This document shows positions 1 through 17,348 of a stretch of 64,000 bases of DNA, piece by piece; within the stretch, counting starts at the first letter, position 1; each line of letters begins with the position of its first letter. The position numbers and the translations under genes are program-made. The stretch is from Macrostomum lignano (taxonomy: Eukaryota), in the NCBI GenBank assembly GCA_002269645.1, contig NIVC01002921.1:1-64000 (forward strand), read 5' to 3'. The notes below the pieces were generated by a model that had not been told where the DNA came from, did not search any database, and was given only the letters and a program-made list of their open reading frames with translations.

Positions 1-1627
1 CATATAATTTATTCTTATTATTTGCACATGACCAAGATGCGCCACATACCATGATGGCCACAGCTCTAAATGTCTAAATAGATAATTATAAGCCTTGGTC
101 TATATATTTCATTTATTTCCTATTGGTAGTAATTTGTATTAGATATAGATCAAAAAGTCTTAAGAGAGATAGATGCTATTATAATAAAATTATTACTAGC
201 ATTATAAATATTCCTTTGGCTTAAGCTTTTATTGTAGCCTGATCTATAGATATTTATCCATTAAATAAAGCAAGTAGCCTAGGCTTTAGGCCCTAGCACA
301 AAATAATAATTGTTGCATATTGATTACATTTTTGCAAAGGCCCCTAGCATTTTTATGAATATGATTGATTAAACATGATTAATATAATAATTACCATTAG
401 GTTGCAAATTATAAATAGGCCCAGTATATAGAGAGTAAAATAATAATAGAGATTCAATTTTGCAGTCATCTCTGGTATGTGGCCATCTTGGCCTTAAACC
501 AATAATGGTAATGATCAACGATCAAACAGCACACATCAAGTTTTTGAGAATTTGAAAAATTAGTAAAAATTACCTGCTGTTGACTCCACAGCGAGTATCA
601 AAGACCTAATGAGAACAACACTCGCATTGCAAACAAAAGAAGTTGAAGTTTTCACAGATAAAATGTTAATGCAATTGAATAACCTGGTGGTGAAATAGAA
701 ATTAAAGTGTAAAAATTCCACTTTTACGAACAATTTAAAGTGGGTGATAGGTAACAGAATTGTCACGTGATAAAATATGTTAACATATGAAACTTGTAGT
801 TTTTAATTGAATAGTTGTAGTCGAATAATTTGACTATTCCTTCACTAAATACCGTTTTCGAACTTAGATTTAGGAATATTCGAAGAGAATTTGTTGTACT
901 CTTAAAAATGCAAAATCAAAACCGTCGACATTATAAATACTTAATTGCTCTTGTACATGTTGATGGATGTAGTAAATAATATGAGAGTCGTTTAGTATAG
1001 TGAATTTTTGTTTTTGTATTCTTTAAATTTTTCTAGGGGGATTAATATAGTATAGCTCAATGATATTTTAAAGCCAAAGAAAACGACACTGCGGCAAATA
1101 CTTCCCGTTGCACTTGGAGATGGGAATCGTCCAAAGGAGTGGAAAATATGTACTGTGGAAAATGATGACTATTTGTACTGATTCTTTATCTAGATTACAG
1201 CAATGACTTCAGTTAAGTACACGAGACTTCCACCACAATTCTCCTCGCCTGTTCATGCAGGCCCTTCGACTACTCACCCCCATCTGATCCCATTCCGGAA
1301 AGGCTTGCCACCTCTACTTACCGTTCAGTTTGCATGTTTGACTAGCTTCGATATCTTTTTAACTTTCTTCTTGCTAACATTTCTATCTCACTCTCTCCCA
1401 GAAAAATCAGGGGGTGATAGAAGAGTGATACGTGTAGACTATGGAAAGGATAGAAAGTATACTGTGGCAGCTCATGAGACTACGGTTATTGTCAGTCCAT
1501 CTGTTTCTCGAGCTGGACTAGCATTCAGCAAAAACGAGTACAGACATCGAGTCTAACAAGCTACATCTGATCAATTAGCAGAGAGCTACCAATAGGGACT
1601 ATCTGTAGTATAGGGACTATAGGGACA

Positions 1628-1674
1628 TACAGACAGACAGACATACAGACAGACAGAGACAGACAGACAAACAG

Positions 1675-1718
<44 letters not shown>

Positions 1719-1745
1719 CTAAGACAGACAGGCAGACAGGCAAAC
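1628..1745. repeat. (GACA)n microsatellite with GACACTAAGACA variant
   Basis: Direct tandem GACA run; explains ORFs 1561..1743 and 1586..1828. Confidence 0.95.
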
Positions 1746-2221
1746 AAACTCATAATTAAATTATTGCAACAATTACGAGTGCTCGTAATATACGAGCTAG
1801 CCTGTAGTAGTTGAAAAGCGAAGTACATTTTGAGGCAACTTCTCTCAGTCCCGCCATTATTGATTTTATTTACGCCTAAATTGCAATTATCCTACACGCA
1901 GAAAACATTCGTCAGCAGTTACGCGTTATTGCAGTCAGAGGAAAAGCGTGCGAATACAGAAGTCCACTGCGAGCTGCAGACTAAAATAATAAATGGATAG
2001 CAAATTTAAAATATGGCTGGCACATTCGCTGATCGATAGCATTTCGAATAGTTTTCGAGAAAAAGAAAGAAAAAATGTTTTAAATCCGGTTAATAAATCG
2101 AATTTCTAGAAGCTTCTCTAGTGGAAATTTCGCTAAGCTGGAGGAGTGCAGCGAACTGAAAGATTCGATTCCGAGTACATCGAGTAAATGAACGAACAGA
2201 GGTGCACTGGATTGGAATTGT

Positions 2222-3323
2222 GTCATTGTTGATTGGGGGTGTCATATTTGATTGGGGGTGTCATATTTGATTGGAGGGTGTCATATTTGATTGGAGGGTG
2301 TCATATTTGATTGGAGGGTGTCATATTTGATTGGAGGGTGTCATATTTGATTGGAGGGTGTCATATTTGATTGGAGGGTGTCATATTTGATTGTGAGGGT
2401 GTCATATTTGGTTGGAGAGGTGTCATTTGATTGGAGGGTGTCATATTTGATTGGAGGGTGTCATATTTGATTGGAGGGTGTCATATTTGATTGGAGGGTC
2501 TCATATTTGATTGGAGGGTGTCATATTTGATTGTAGGGTGTTAGCTTTGATTGGAGGGTGTCATAATTGTTTGGAGGGTGAGTTTTTTTATTAGAGTGTC
2601 ACTTTTGATTGGAAGGTATCCTATATGATTGGAGGGTGTCATATTTGATTGAAGGGAGTCATACTTGGTTGGAGGGTGTCATATTTTATTGTAGGGTGTC
2701 ATATTTGATTGAGGGTGTCATATTTGATTGTAGGGTGTCATATTTGATTGTAGGGTGTCATATTTGATTGGAGGGTGTCATATTTGATTGGAGGGTGTCA
2801 TATTTGATTGGAGGGTGTCATATTTGATTGGAGGGTGTCATATTTGATTGAAGGGTGTCATATTTGATTGGAGGGTGTCATATTTGATTGTAGGGTGTCA
2901 TATTTGATTGGAGGGTGTCATATTTGATTGTAGGGTGTCATATTTGATTGTAGGGTGTCATATTTGATTGGAGGGTGTCATATTTGATTGGAGGGTGTCA
3001 TATTTGATTGGGGGGTGTCATATTTGATTGGAGGGTGTCATATTTGATTGGAGGGTGTCATATTTGATTGGAGGGTATCATATTTGATTGGAGGGTGTCA
3101 TATTTGATTGAAGGGAGTCATTTTTGTTGGAGGGTGTTAGCTTTGATTGGAGGGTGTCATATTTGATTGGAGGGTGTCATTGTTGATTGGGGGGTGTCAT
3201 ATTTGATTGGAGGGAGTCATATTTGGTTGGAGGGTGTCATATTTGATTGGAGGGTGTCATTGTTGATTGGGGGGTGTCATATTTGATTGGAGGGAGTCAT
3301 ATTTGGTTGGAGGGTGTCATATT
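2222..3323. repeat. 20-bp minisatellite (TTGGAGGGTGTCATATTTGA), about 55 copies
   Basis: Period 20 visible directly; lies just 3' of the ORP gene stop. Confidence 0.95.
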
Positions 3324-3416
3324 GAACCTCATGAGAGCGCAATCTCTTTGTTTAGTTTTATTGCTAGAAATCTACAAGAATTATTCCGATCGGTAGCAGA
3401 AACCGGCTGACGAGTC

Positions 3417-8323
<4,907 letters not shown>

Positions 8324-9215
8324 GCAGACTGCGGTGATTTCAAGCTACCGTTCCAATCGCGGATCAGTCGGCACTAATGGTTCGAGTCCTCCCCCCTCTG
8401 GCGCTCCTGAGCGGGAGGATCAGACCACCTTTATGACTTTGTGAGCAGCGCGGAATTCGATAGCTCCCGAGAGACGGGGCTCGCAACGAGCTCCAAGGCA
8501 CGTACGACACACTCTATAGTGAGGGGGGCTCCGACTCTGCTATGGAATTGCTACGAGATTCCGGAGAGGGAATCGATTCCGCTCAGCCAGAGAATTTCCT
8601 ATATGGAGAATAATGCCAGTATCAGCTCCGCACTAACTGAGTTTTCTGCGCGATCAACTCACATTTTCAAAGCCGAAGCCAAAGTGGGAACTGGGGTTGG
8701 GGGGGGGCGTGCGAAGGCAAAACTGAGCGCCCCCACTCCCATGCCTCCTACAACTGGCATTCTTGCGCTGAGCTGAGGAACAAAAATACGTTTGAGCGAG
8801 CGGGTGCGTGCACACAAGTGCAAAGCTTATGGTTACACTGTAAGAAGGCTGTACGCGCAAGAAAGTACGGCTCCTTCTTCAAATGATCATGCCATTGTAC
8901 CAGCTGACAACAGAGAAGAAATCTGTTTGACCTCTTTTAGCCAATTATAATTGTATACGATTTTTCATTAACGTGCTTAAAGTAGAAGAATCAATACTGT
9001 ACCATAGATATTTGCCTAAGTTATACTCTAGAGGCACGGGGGTGTGGGGCGGGGTAGAGCCCCCACCCACTACCATAGACTATTCTTCTTTTTCTAGAAT
9101 AACTTCAGAAATTTCCGGGCAGCTAATACCATATATTCTATGGGTTTTTCAGTCGGTATTTCACTTTAATCACATACCGACCTAAAACCCATAGAACATC
9201 TTAGACAAAATGTAG

Positions 9216-9860
9216 CGCCTGCGGTGCCAAAATGAGTGCCTGTGGCGCCAAAAAGTGCCTGCGGCGCCAAACTGAGTGTCTGCGGCGTCAAAATGAGTGC
9301 CTGCGGCGCTAAAATGAGTGCCTGCGGCGCTAAAATGAGTATACCTGCAGCGCTAAAATGAGTGCCTGCAGCGCTAAAATGAGTGCCTGCAGCGCTAAAA
9401 TGAGTACCTGCAGCGCTAAAATGAGTGTCTGCGGCGTCAAAATAAGTGCCTGCGGCGCTATAATGAGTGCCTGCGGCGCTATAATGAGTGCCTGCAGCGC
9501 TAAAATGAGTGCCTGCTGCGCCCACATGAGTGCCTGTGGCGCCAAAAAGTGCCTGCGGCGCCAAACTGAGTGTCTGCGGCGTCAAAATGAGTGCCTGCGG
9601 CGCTAAAATGAGTACCTGCAGCGCTAAAATGAGTGTCTGCGGCGTCAAAATGAGTGCCTGCGGCGCCAAAATGAGTGTCTGCGGCGTCAAAATGAGTGCC
9701 TGCGGCGCTAAAATGAGTGCCAGCGGCGCTAAAATGAGTGCCTGCGGCGCTAAAATGAGTACCTGCAGCGCTAAAATGAGTGCCTGCGGCGCCAAAATGA
9801 GTGCCTGCGGCGCTAAAATGAGTGCCTGCGGCGCCAAAATGAGTGCCTGCGGCACCAAAT
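9216..9860. repeat. 21-bp minisatellite (GCCTGCGGCGCTAAAATGAGT)
   Basis: Period 21 visible; produces 7-aa-repeat ORFs on both strands. Confidence 0.95.
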
Positions 9861-10926
9861 GAGCGCTGACGGCTGACAAAACCGATTCTGAAAATAATGC
9901 ACAAGTACATGTAGAATTCTTGGCTTTGTCCCCCACCATAAAATCCACGCCCTGCATATCGCTTTCATTTTCGGACTAAGTTGACACATCTCCTATCTGG
10001 ATTGAATCCCGTGATCCCAGGATCGCAGAACGGGTGCACCAAGGTTGTTACTGTAAAAATATGTACACCACAGAGGAAAAATGAAGCGAATGCATGTTAG
10101 GTAACTCTGTAATAGGTCAGAGTCAACTGAAAGAATATATTAACTAATTATTGGTACGTTTCCATTATTTCCATGCTTTTAGGGAAGGATTTCACAAACT
10201 TTGCTAATAAAATAAAAAACAAGCAAATTAACAGTTTCGGCAAGAAATTGAGAGACAGAGTCACAGGCAGACCAGATCGAGAGAGATAGGGAGAGATGTA
10301 GCACTTTAAATGCAGACCCAGTCTGGATAATGTGTATATTTGAATCAATTAGCATATATATAGACACAGAAAAATACTACTTAGCAAAGTAATAGATGTC
10401 GATAACTGTACTGCAGTTTGAGAAGTGCATATTTAATGCGTTTCAATTTCAAATTCACCTATCAGGTTCAGCTGGGTCAGTAAAGGTCAATGGTGAAATT
10501 TGGGATGGAGTGGAATTAAAGAGATTTAAGAGGCGCATTAGAGCCACTAATTACATAGAGCAAATTAACCAGGCTTTTAGTGGCTCTTTCAAATAATCAA
10601 GCTTATTAATTTGCAACTATTCGTCACTGTAAAAATCAATGCAAAACAGTTCTACAGGGTTATTGTATACAAATTGAAACAGTAGTCATTGGTTAACTAA
10701 TAGGTACGCATGTAAATCTTAGGACAGCAAGAGAGAGAGCTTTTGGAGATTTACTTATAATGTAGAGATGTAAGATGTGTATTGACGATTGACATTGCAT
10801 CTGAATCAGAAGCAGTAGTGCTAGCACTCAATTCCGTTTGCCAAACAAAATTGCATGTTGGCGGATGCTATTGTTTAAAAACTTTCATGTTGTACAAATT
10901 GAAGGCAAGGGCATTGGTCCGAAGTG

Positions 10927-11763
10927 ATCTGGGAGGGTGACAGGTGGCATAGCAACTGGAGATCTGGGAGGGTGACAGGTGGCATAGCAACTGGAGATCT
11001 GGGAGGGTGACAGGTGGCATAGCAACTGGAGATCTGGGAGGGTGACAGGTGGCATAGCAACTGGAGATCTGGGAGGGTGACAGGTGGCATAGCAACTGGA
11101 GATCTGGGAGGGTGACAGGTGGCATAGCAACTGGAGATCTGGGAGGGTGACAGGTGGCATAGCAACTGGAGATCTGGGAGGGTGACAGGTGGCATAGCAA
11201 CTGGAGATCTGGGAGGGTGACAGGTGGCATAGCAACTGGAGATCTGGGAGGCTGGCGGTGACCCACTAATTGAGGATCTGGGAGGCTGGCGGTGACTCAC
11301 TAATCGAGGATCTGGGAGGCTGGCGGTGACCCACTAATTGAGGATCTGGGAGGCTGGCGGTGACCCACTAATTGAGGATCTGGGAGGCATGCTGTGACCC
11401 ACTAATTGAGGATCTGGGAGGCTGGCGGTGACTCACTAATTGAGGATCTGGGAGGCTGGCGGTGACTCACTAATTGAGGATCTGGGAGGCTGGCGGTGAC
11501 CCACTAATTGAGGATCTGGGAGGCTGGCGGTGACCCACTAATTGAGGATCTGGGAGGCTGGCGGTGACTCACTAATTGAGGATCTGGGAGGCTGGCGGTG
11601 ACTCACTAATTGAGGATCTGGGAGGCTGGCGGTGACTCACTAATTGAGAATCTGGGAGGCTGGCGGTGACTCACTAATTGAGGATCTGGGAGGCTTGCTG
11701 TGACTCACTAATTGAGGATCTGGGAGGCTTGCTGTGACTCACTAATTGAGGATCTGGGAGGCT
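10927..11763. repeat. Compound 35-bp and 34-bp minisatellite with GATCTGGGAG core
   Basis: 35-bp unit GATCTGGGAGGGTGACAGGTGGCATAGCAACTGGA to about 11250, then 34-bp unit GATCTGGGAGGCTGGCGGTGACTCACTAATTGAG. Confidence 0.95.
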
Positions 11764-12743
11764 GGTTCTAGAATGAGGCAGCATGATAAGCCACTGCAGC
11801 AAAATTGCAGCAACACTGCAACAATAGCTTGCCTAGCCCCGCTTTATCAAATCTAACACGAGAATTAGAATTCCAATACTAAATTGCCTACACACTACTG
11901 CAAGTAGAGCAATCGGTAAGCAGACAAAGTAAAAAAGCGAATATATGATACTCAAGCATCAGCAGACAGTCAAAATCAAACTGCGGGACAAGTAAAAAAT
12001 GCAAATCAGAAACAAACTAGACAGAAGCAGAGAGAAAGCAAGAGACACAGATGAGACAGTAAAAGAAGCAGAAAAATTAGCTCGTTACAGATTGGATTCA
12101 AGTGAAAAAAATACAGTTTTGCGTTGTCATTGGGTTTGATTCGGGCTCTGTGCATGTGAAAGGTATATATGGGAAAAGCATATGATCCGGCCATCTGCTA
12201 GGTTGGTCAGAGGCCCAGGCGGGTATCCAAATCGCTGCTGCTGAAAGATTCAGATGCAGAGAAGCAAACATGTAAGCAATAACATGTGATAGCTATGATA
12301 TAAATGATTTACAACCCAAAGCCCCTCCCAAAGTCAGGTAGGGCGGAAACCGCGCATTCAATTTGATTGCTAAACACAAGCGAGAATTATAGCATGCCAT
12401 TATAGCAAGGCATGTGCCTGTCTCCGTGGGTAGTTGGGATAAAATGAACAAGTTCGTGTGTTATAAAAAATGACATAGTCACAAATAAGACACAGGCTTA
12501 ACAAAAACTGCAGAGATCAAGCAGCCGTCTGCGGCACGTGCTTAGCTAATAAATAAAGATTTACAAATGAAGATATATGCAATATAAAGCCAGAAATAAA
12601 CAAGTCTGCAAACTCAAGTCTACTGTTAGTAGTCTGTTGGAAAGTGAAGATATTGCTTACTGTTTATGAGGATTGCTTTTATAGATTTACATATAAATAT
12701 AAACCTAAAGAAGAGAGGGCGAGGCAGCAAGAGACACAAGACC

Positions 12744-13865
12744 TCAGTCGCGGCATTTTATACAGAAGAATTCTATATCGTCCAAGTTGACGTCGTCGTC
12801 CAGGTCTGTGCACATCACGTGATACCAGCTGTTGCAGGAGTCGCAGCACACCCAGTTCACGTTCGGGTCCTTCGGCTTGATGCAGGTCAGCGACTCGCAC
12901 GGCTCGCCATCGATGTGAAACTGACCGCTAGGGTCGCCGCCGCCAGCTGCTACGGCCGCCGACGACGAGCCCGAAGGCCGGCCGGAACTGCCACGCGACT
13001 GCTTCGACTGTTTAGAAGGCCGGGAGCCGCCGCCTGATTTGCTGGACCGGCTGGCGCCGCTCTTGCGCTGCACCGAGCCGACTGAGCCGCCTTTGCCGCC
13101 GGAGTCCACCGAGGACTGCCGCTTCGCCGCCGCAGACGAAGACTTTTTAGTGTCGGACTTTTTGCCTTCGCCCGACGACTTTTTCGATGCGGAGCCGCCG
13201 CCGCCGCCGCCGCCAATCGAGGCGGCCGACGACTTCGAGGCCGAGACGGGTGGCGCCGGGTGAGGCGCCATCGCCGGCGACAGGTCGTTGCTAGGCGAGC
13301 TCTGCGAAGACGACATTGACGAGTCCGGCGACTTGTCGCGCGCCCGCTTAGCCGAGGCGGCGCCGCGCGAACCGCCGGCCTCGCCACCGCTCAGGCGCTT
13401 CCGGCCGCCGTCGCCGTGAGTCGCCGTAGGCTTGTGATCGCCCGACGAGGCGGGAGGTCCCGCCGGGCCAGCCGGGCTGTTCGACACCTTCTCGAACACA
13501 AACTTCAGCTCGGAACGGAAGCCGTTGACTGTGGAGCCCGGCTTGATGTTGAAGCCGTTGACGTGCCCAAAGCAGATGATGTCGCCCACGACCAGCAGCT
13601 TGGAGGACAGGATTCGGGTGTAGTTAATGTACGTGCCGTTCAGACTGTGATCCACCAGGAAGTACCGGTTGCCCTTCTCCTCTGCGCGTACCTCTGCGTG
13701 CTTTCTGCTGACCATCATCGGGTTCACCTGCGACTCGATAACGCAATCAGGCGGAGTCTTGCTGCTGGCCCGGCCGATGATGGTGGATTGGCGGCGGATT
13801 ATTATAACGCTTGGCGTCTTGCCGAAACCCTCGCGGTCGCTGATGCGGCGCAGCTGGTAGGTCAT
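12744..13865 (-). CDS. TCF19: FHA + PHD finger protein, TCF19-like (about 373 aa, single coding exon)
   Basis: N-terminal FHA motifs (IIGR, VSRKHAEV, DHSLNGTYIN), Ser/Gly/Lys low-complexity linker, C-terminal C4HC3 PHD (CESLTC...WVCCDSCNSWYHVMC...FFCIKC). This architecture matches TCF19. The ATG at 13865 is preferred over the upstream one at 13907. Confidence 0.75.
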   Translation of the reverse strand: MTYQLRRISDREGFGKTPSVIIIRRQSTIIGRASSKTPPDCVIESQVNPMMVSRKHAEVRAEEKGNRYFLVDHSLNGTYINYTRILSSKLLVVGDIICFGHVNGFNIKPGSTVNGFRSELKFVFEKVSNSPAGPAGPPASSGDHKPTATHGDGGRKRLSGGEAGGSRGAASAKRARDKSPDSSMSSSQSSPSNDLSPAMAPHPAPPVSASKSSAASIGGGGGGGSASKKSSGEGKKSDTKKSSSAAAKRQSSVDSGGKGGSVGSVQRKSGASRSSKSGGGSRPSKQSKQSRGSSGRPSGSSSAAVAAGGGDPSGQFHIDGEPCESLTCIKPKDPNVNWVCCDSCNSWYHVMCTDLDDDVNLDDIEFFCIKCRD

Positions 13866-15900
13866 TTGGCCTGCCTGACTGGCAGTAATGTGCATGAATT
13901 TATGCATAGCAACTATGGTTGAAAAGAAAATAAATAATACTGGCGAGGGGCCCAGCCAAGGTTGGTCACAAAAATGCTCAAAAATACAGAGTACTAATTA
14001 GATGATGAAGCAATGTGCCTTAACAACACAGTCATAGTTACTTCCACCATTTACCGTTAATGTTAATTTATCTGTTTATTTCATAGGTAAGTCACATTTT
14101 AGTCACATGACCAATGTAAATCAGTTGCTTGCGCATGTATGTGATTAAATGTGTTTAAATAACAATGCCTTGCATATGTAAATTCTTAAAATTATTGTTT
14201 ATTGAAACTAATAGTGATATAACCTTACTTTGGTAGTTTTAGGATTTATAAGTATTTGACTAGAGGCCTAATATACAACACAATGCTATAATACTCTAAG
14301 CAGTATTTGGGAGTTATACCTATTTAGCTTCATAGCTAGATTTTTTGTGTCATAGGCATGTCATAGGCAATACAATTCTTACTCAAAAGAATTGAGTAAA
14401 AGAAGGTTGCTTATCTTTTGAATGAAAACAATGCATGTTTTTAACTTTATTTGAGAATAACTAATAAAATATGTACTATATTATATTAAACTTGCTTTTT
14501 CTTTTTTAAAACATGTAACTTTTTAATGAAAGAAAGATTTTTTGTATAGAAACAATTTCTACTAGAGTTACACTCCTTTTTTAAACTTTTAATGAAAAAC
14601 ACATAGAAAGTTCAATAATAAAAAGGCAAATATGGTAGTTCAAAATAGCTCTAAAAAGTTTTAGCCTATAATGTTATTAAAAATATGTTACTATATATTC
14701 AATAAATAAATAATATTATATTTATATTATTTTAATTTAGATGTATTAGCTTACTATATATGGTTTTGCATACTATTAATAGAAGTTTAGTTAAAAAAGT
14801 TTTTTACTTTAATTTTCAATGTGTCAATCTCATATTTTATGTTTATAATATTAGCTAATATCATTTTTATCTATATAATGTATAATATCCAAGTATTTAA
14901 ATTGTAGAATTAAAAATATAGCCTTATATATATAGAATATTATTATATAAAAAGTTTACTAGAAGTCTTTCTATAAGTTTCTTTATATTCAAATTGTCTA
15001 ATTTAATTAGCTAGTGAGGATATGGCCTATTCTAAGATGTGCATAATTACTTGTACCATTTATCCAAATATACAAAAAATAAAATACCAAATTTTTATTA
15101 GTGCGCCATTGTGTAGGGATATGCCATTTTACCTACTTATTTTTACATTGTTTTCTAACGAAAAAAATTTAAAAAATTAGAGCTGCCTCTTTTATCTTGT
15201 TAAAAATAATAAAAATAATGATTTTTATAGGAATTTGTATCTATTTTGATGATATAGCTACTAACTTTGGTGAGTGACAAGAGCTAGGTAGGCTAAGCTT
15301 CTTTTGCTAAATATAATCATTTTTGCATAAGAAATCAAATAGAAAGTTAAAAACAATGCTGCCTATAGTCTAAGTACAAAAAATTGCTTTGATTCTTTTG
15401 AAGGCAAAAAACTAAATATAGGCCTATGACTTAAATATTTTTTAACCAAAAAAGATATTTTAGATAGTAAATTAATTGTAAAATAATTTCTAAAAAGAAA
15501 ATTGCTTTAACTCTGCTTTGTATATAAAATTTGACATTTTTGACAGTACTTTTTTGTGAAATTGGATTCAATTTTTAGTTTTTACTGAATAGTTAGATAA
15601 TATAACTTTGCAATTATTCAATCAATCAATTTATGTGATATATTGTTAGAAAGTATTTTTAAGTAGAATATTTCCTTCTATACCACTTATTTCTATTCTT
15701 AGTTATCTAGATTCTAGGTTAGGCCTATTTTATTTTTTAAGCAAGATAAATATCTTTTTAATATTTTTTTCATTTGGTCAAATTTTTATTCATCTTACTG
15801 AAGACGAAGTCCCCAGTTATATCAAGTAGTGGCAACAATGGTCACAATGTTTAGGCCTAATCATAGGCCTAGTGGTAAATTTAAAAAGGAGGCACACAGG

Positions 15901-17348
15901 CAGTGTGACCACAGCGCATTTTGAAAATAATTGAGCAGGACAAATTTTTTTGAGCAGCAACATTAGGCATTGTTTTTTTTTTGAAAAAAGTCACTTCATG
16001 TAAAATAATTAACAAACAGAAAAAAAATTACATTTATAGTCACAAAAACCTTTAAAAACTTTTTTGAATCTAGTGATATTTTATTTTTAACTCAGTCAAC
16101 AACCCTGTGACACTGACATGATTTTTATGTATTTCCAAATTCCAGACTTCCCACTTCACTGCGCCAATTTCAAATCAAATTCAAATCAAATCATTCAGTC
16201 TCAAATCAAATCTCAAATCATGTCTGAACTAAATTAATATAGACGTTAAGTTTTTACTATCGTCCAGCGATTCACTTCTTGTTTGTTGATCTCATTGATC
16301 CGCCTTTTGGAGCATCTTCTGTGCCAGAGATGTTTTCCCATTTCGTTGATTACTTTTGTTCAGCAGCTTCGTCCTCTTGCTTTTTTTTCTTTTCCCACTC
16401 ATTGGCCTTCTGACGCTGCATGTTTAGTTTTTTCTGAAGGCACTTCATTACTTCTTCACGCTCCTTTGCCTTAGCACATGCTTCGGCGTTTGCACGGGCA
16501 TCGAAGCTGAGGACCAACAGTGAGCGGTCAATGCAAAAATCGGATGGCTCTTTTTTGAAGGCCTTTAGCCAGGACTTGATGGGCAAAAGACAGTCCAGTG
16601 TATAATCGGCTAGCTGGTTTCGCTGCTTCGTGACATTGTTGGCAATCCATTTGATGACCCGCTCACTGTCGGCGTTTCTATGCAGTAGGCATAGAAATTC
16701 CTCACATGGCAATGCGGCCCAGAACTTCTCCAGTTCTTTGACTCTAGCAAGCTCCTCAATCAAAGCATTCAACGCAACTTAATGACCTCCAGTCACAGGT
16801 CGTCTAGACGAGCGGGTTCAATTACAGTCGGCATAGCCTTAGCAATCAGGATGACCGTCTCTTCCAAATTCAATTGGTGATCGACCAGTTGATTTGGGTC
16901 AACAAAGCACAAGCTTGTAGAAGTTTGCTTTCCAATGGCAGGTAGACAAAGAAGCGACTGGTGAGCTCAACATAGAAGTCTTGCAATGCCTTAAAAAAGC
17001 CTACTCGATCTATTTTGGGCAGGTGGCCAATAGTGGTCCTGATGTTGGCTCCTCAGGTCAGCATTGACTAGCTGGTTAGAGCGATCCTTTGCAGCAGTGA
17101 AGAGATTGGAGAGCAATGTTGCCGCCTCCACCACGTCAGGAGAAACAAATCTGAGCAGCATGTTGCTACAAACCTGGTCAAGAGCGGCTGATAGCAGATG
17201 GATTTGCGTAGCTTCACGTTGAACCAACTTCTCAAAGTTTTTGAGCAGATAGTGACATTTTTTTGTGTATTTCAAAAATAGTTGTGAAATTGAGCAGAAA
17301 AATAAAAATAGTGCAAAATACTAAAATAGTGCAGGTGTGGTCACCATG
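15901..17348 (-). mobile_element. Internally deleted hAT-superfamily DNA transposon with degenerate transposase C-terminus
   Basis: 8-bp TSD CACACAGG at 15893-15900 and 17349-17356. Imperfect TIRs CAGTGTGACCACA / CATGGTGACCACA. ORF pieces 16991-17275 and 16350-16772 include LCLLHRNADSERVIKWIANNVTKQRNQLADYTLDCLLPIK, which resembles the hAT dimerization domain. Confidence 0.8.

Noticed and set aside
560-1556. Short ORFs 560..766 and 1203..1556
   Set aside because: AT-rich, no domain motifs and no supporting splice structure.
9166-9957. 7-aa-repeat ORFs here and similar ones at 29995-31205, 47011-47862, 55212-56670, 61702-62715 and 63146-63790
   Set aside because: Stop-free frames of minisatellites, open on several frames and strands, with no unique domains.
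12666-13922. Antisense and alternative-frame ORFs over GC-rich genes (also at 3492-4058, 21025-21953, 31348-31683, 42136-42659 and 52228-55174)
   Set aside because: Shadow ORFs of GC-rich coding exons.
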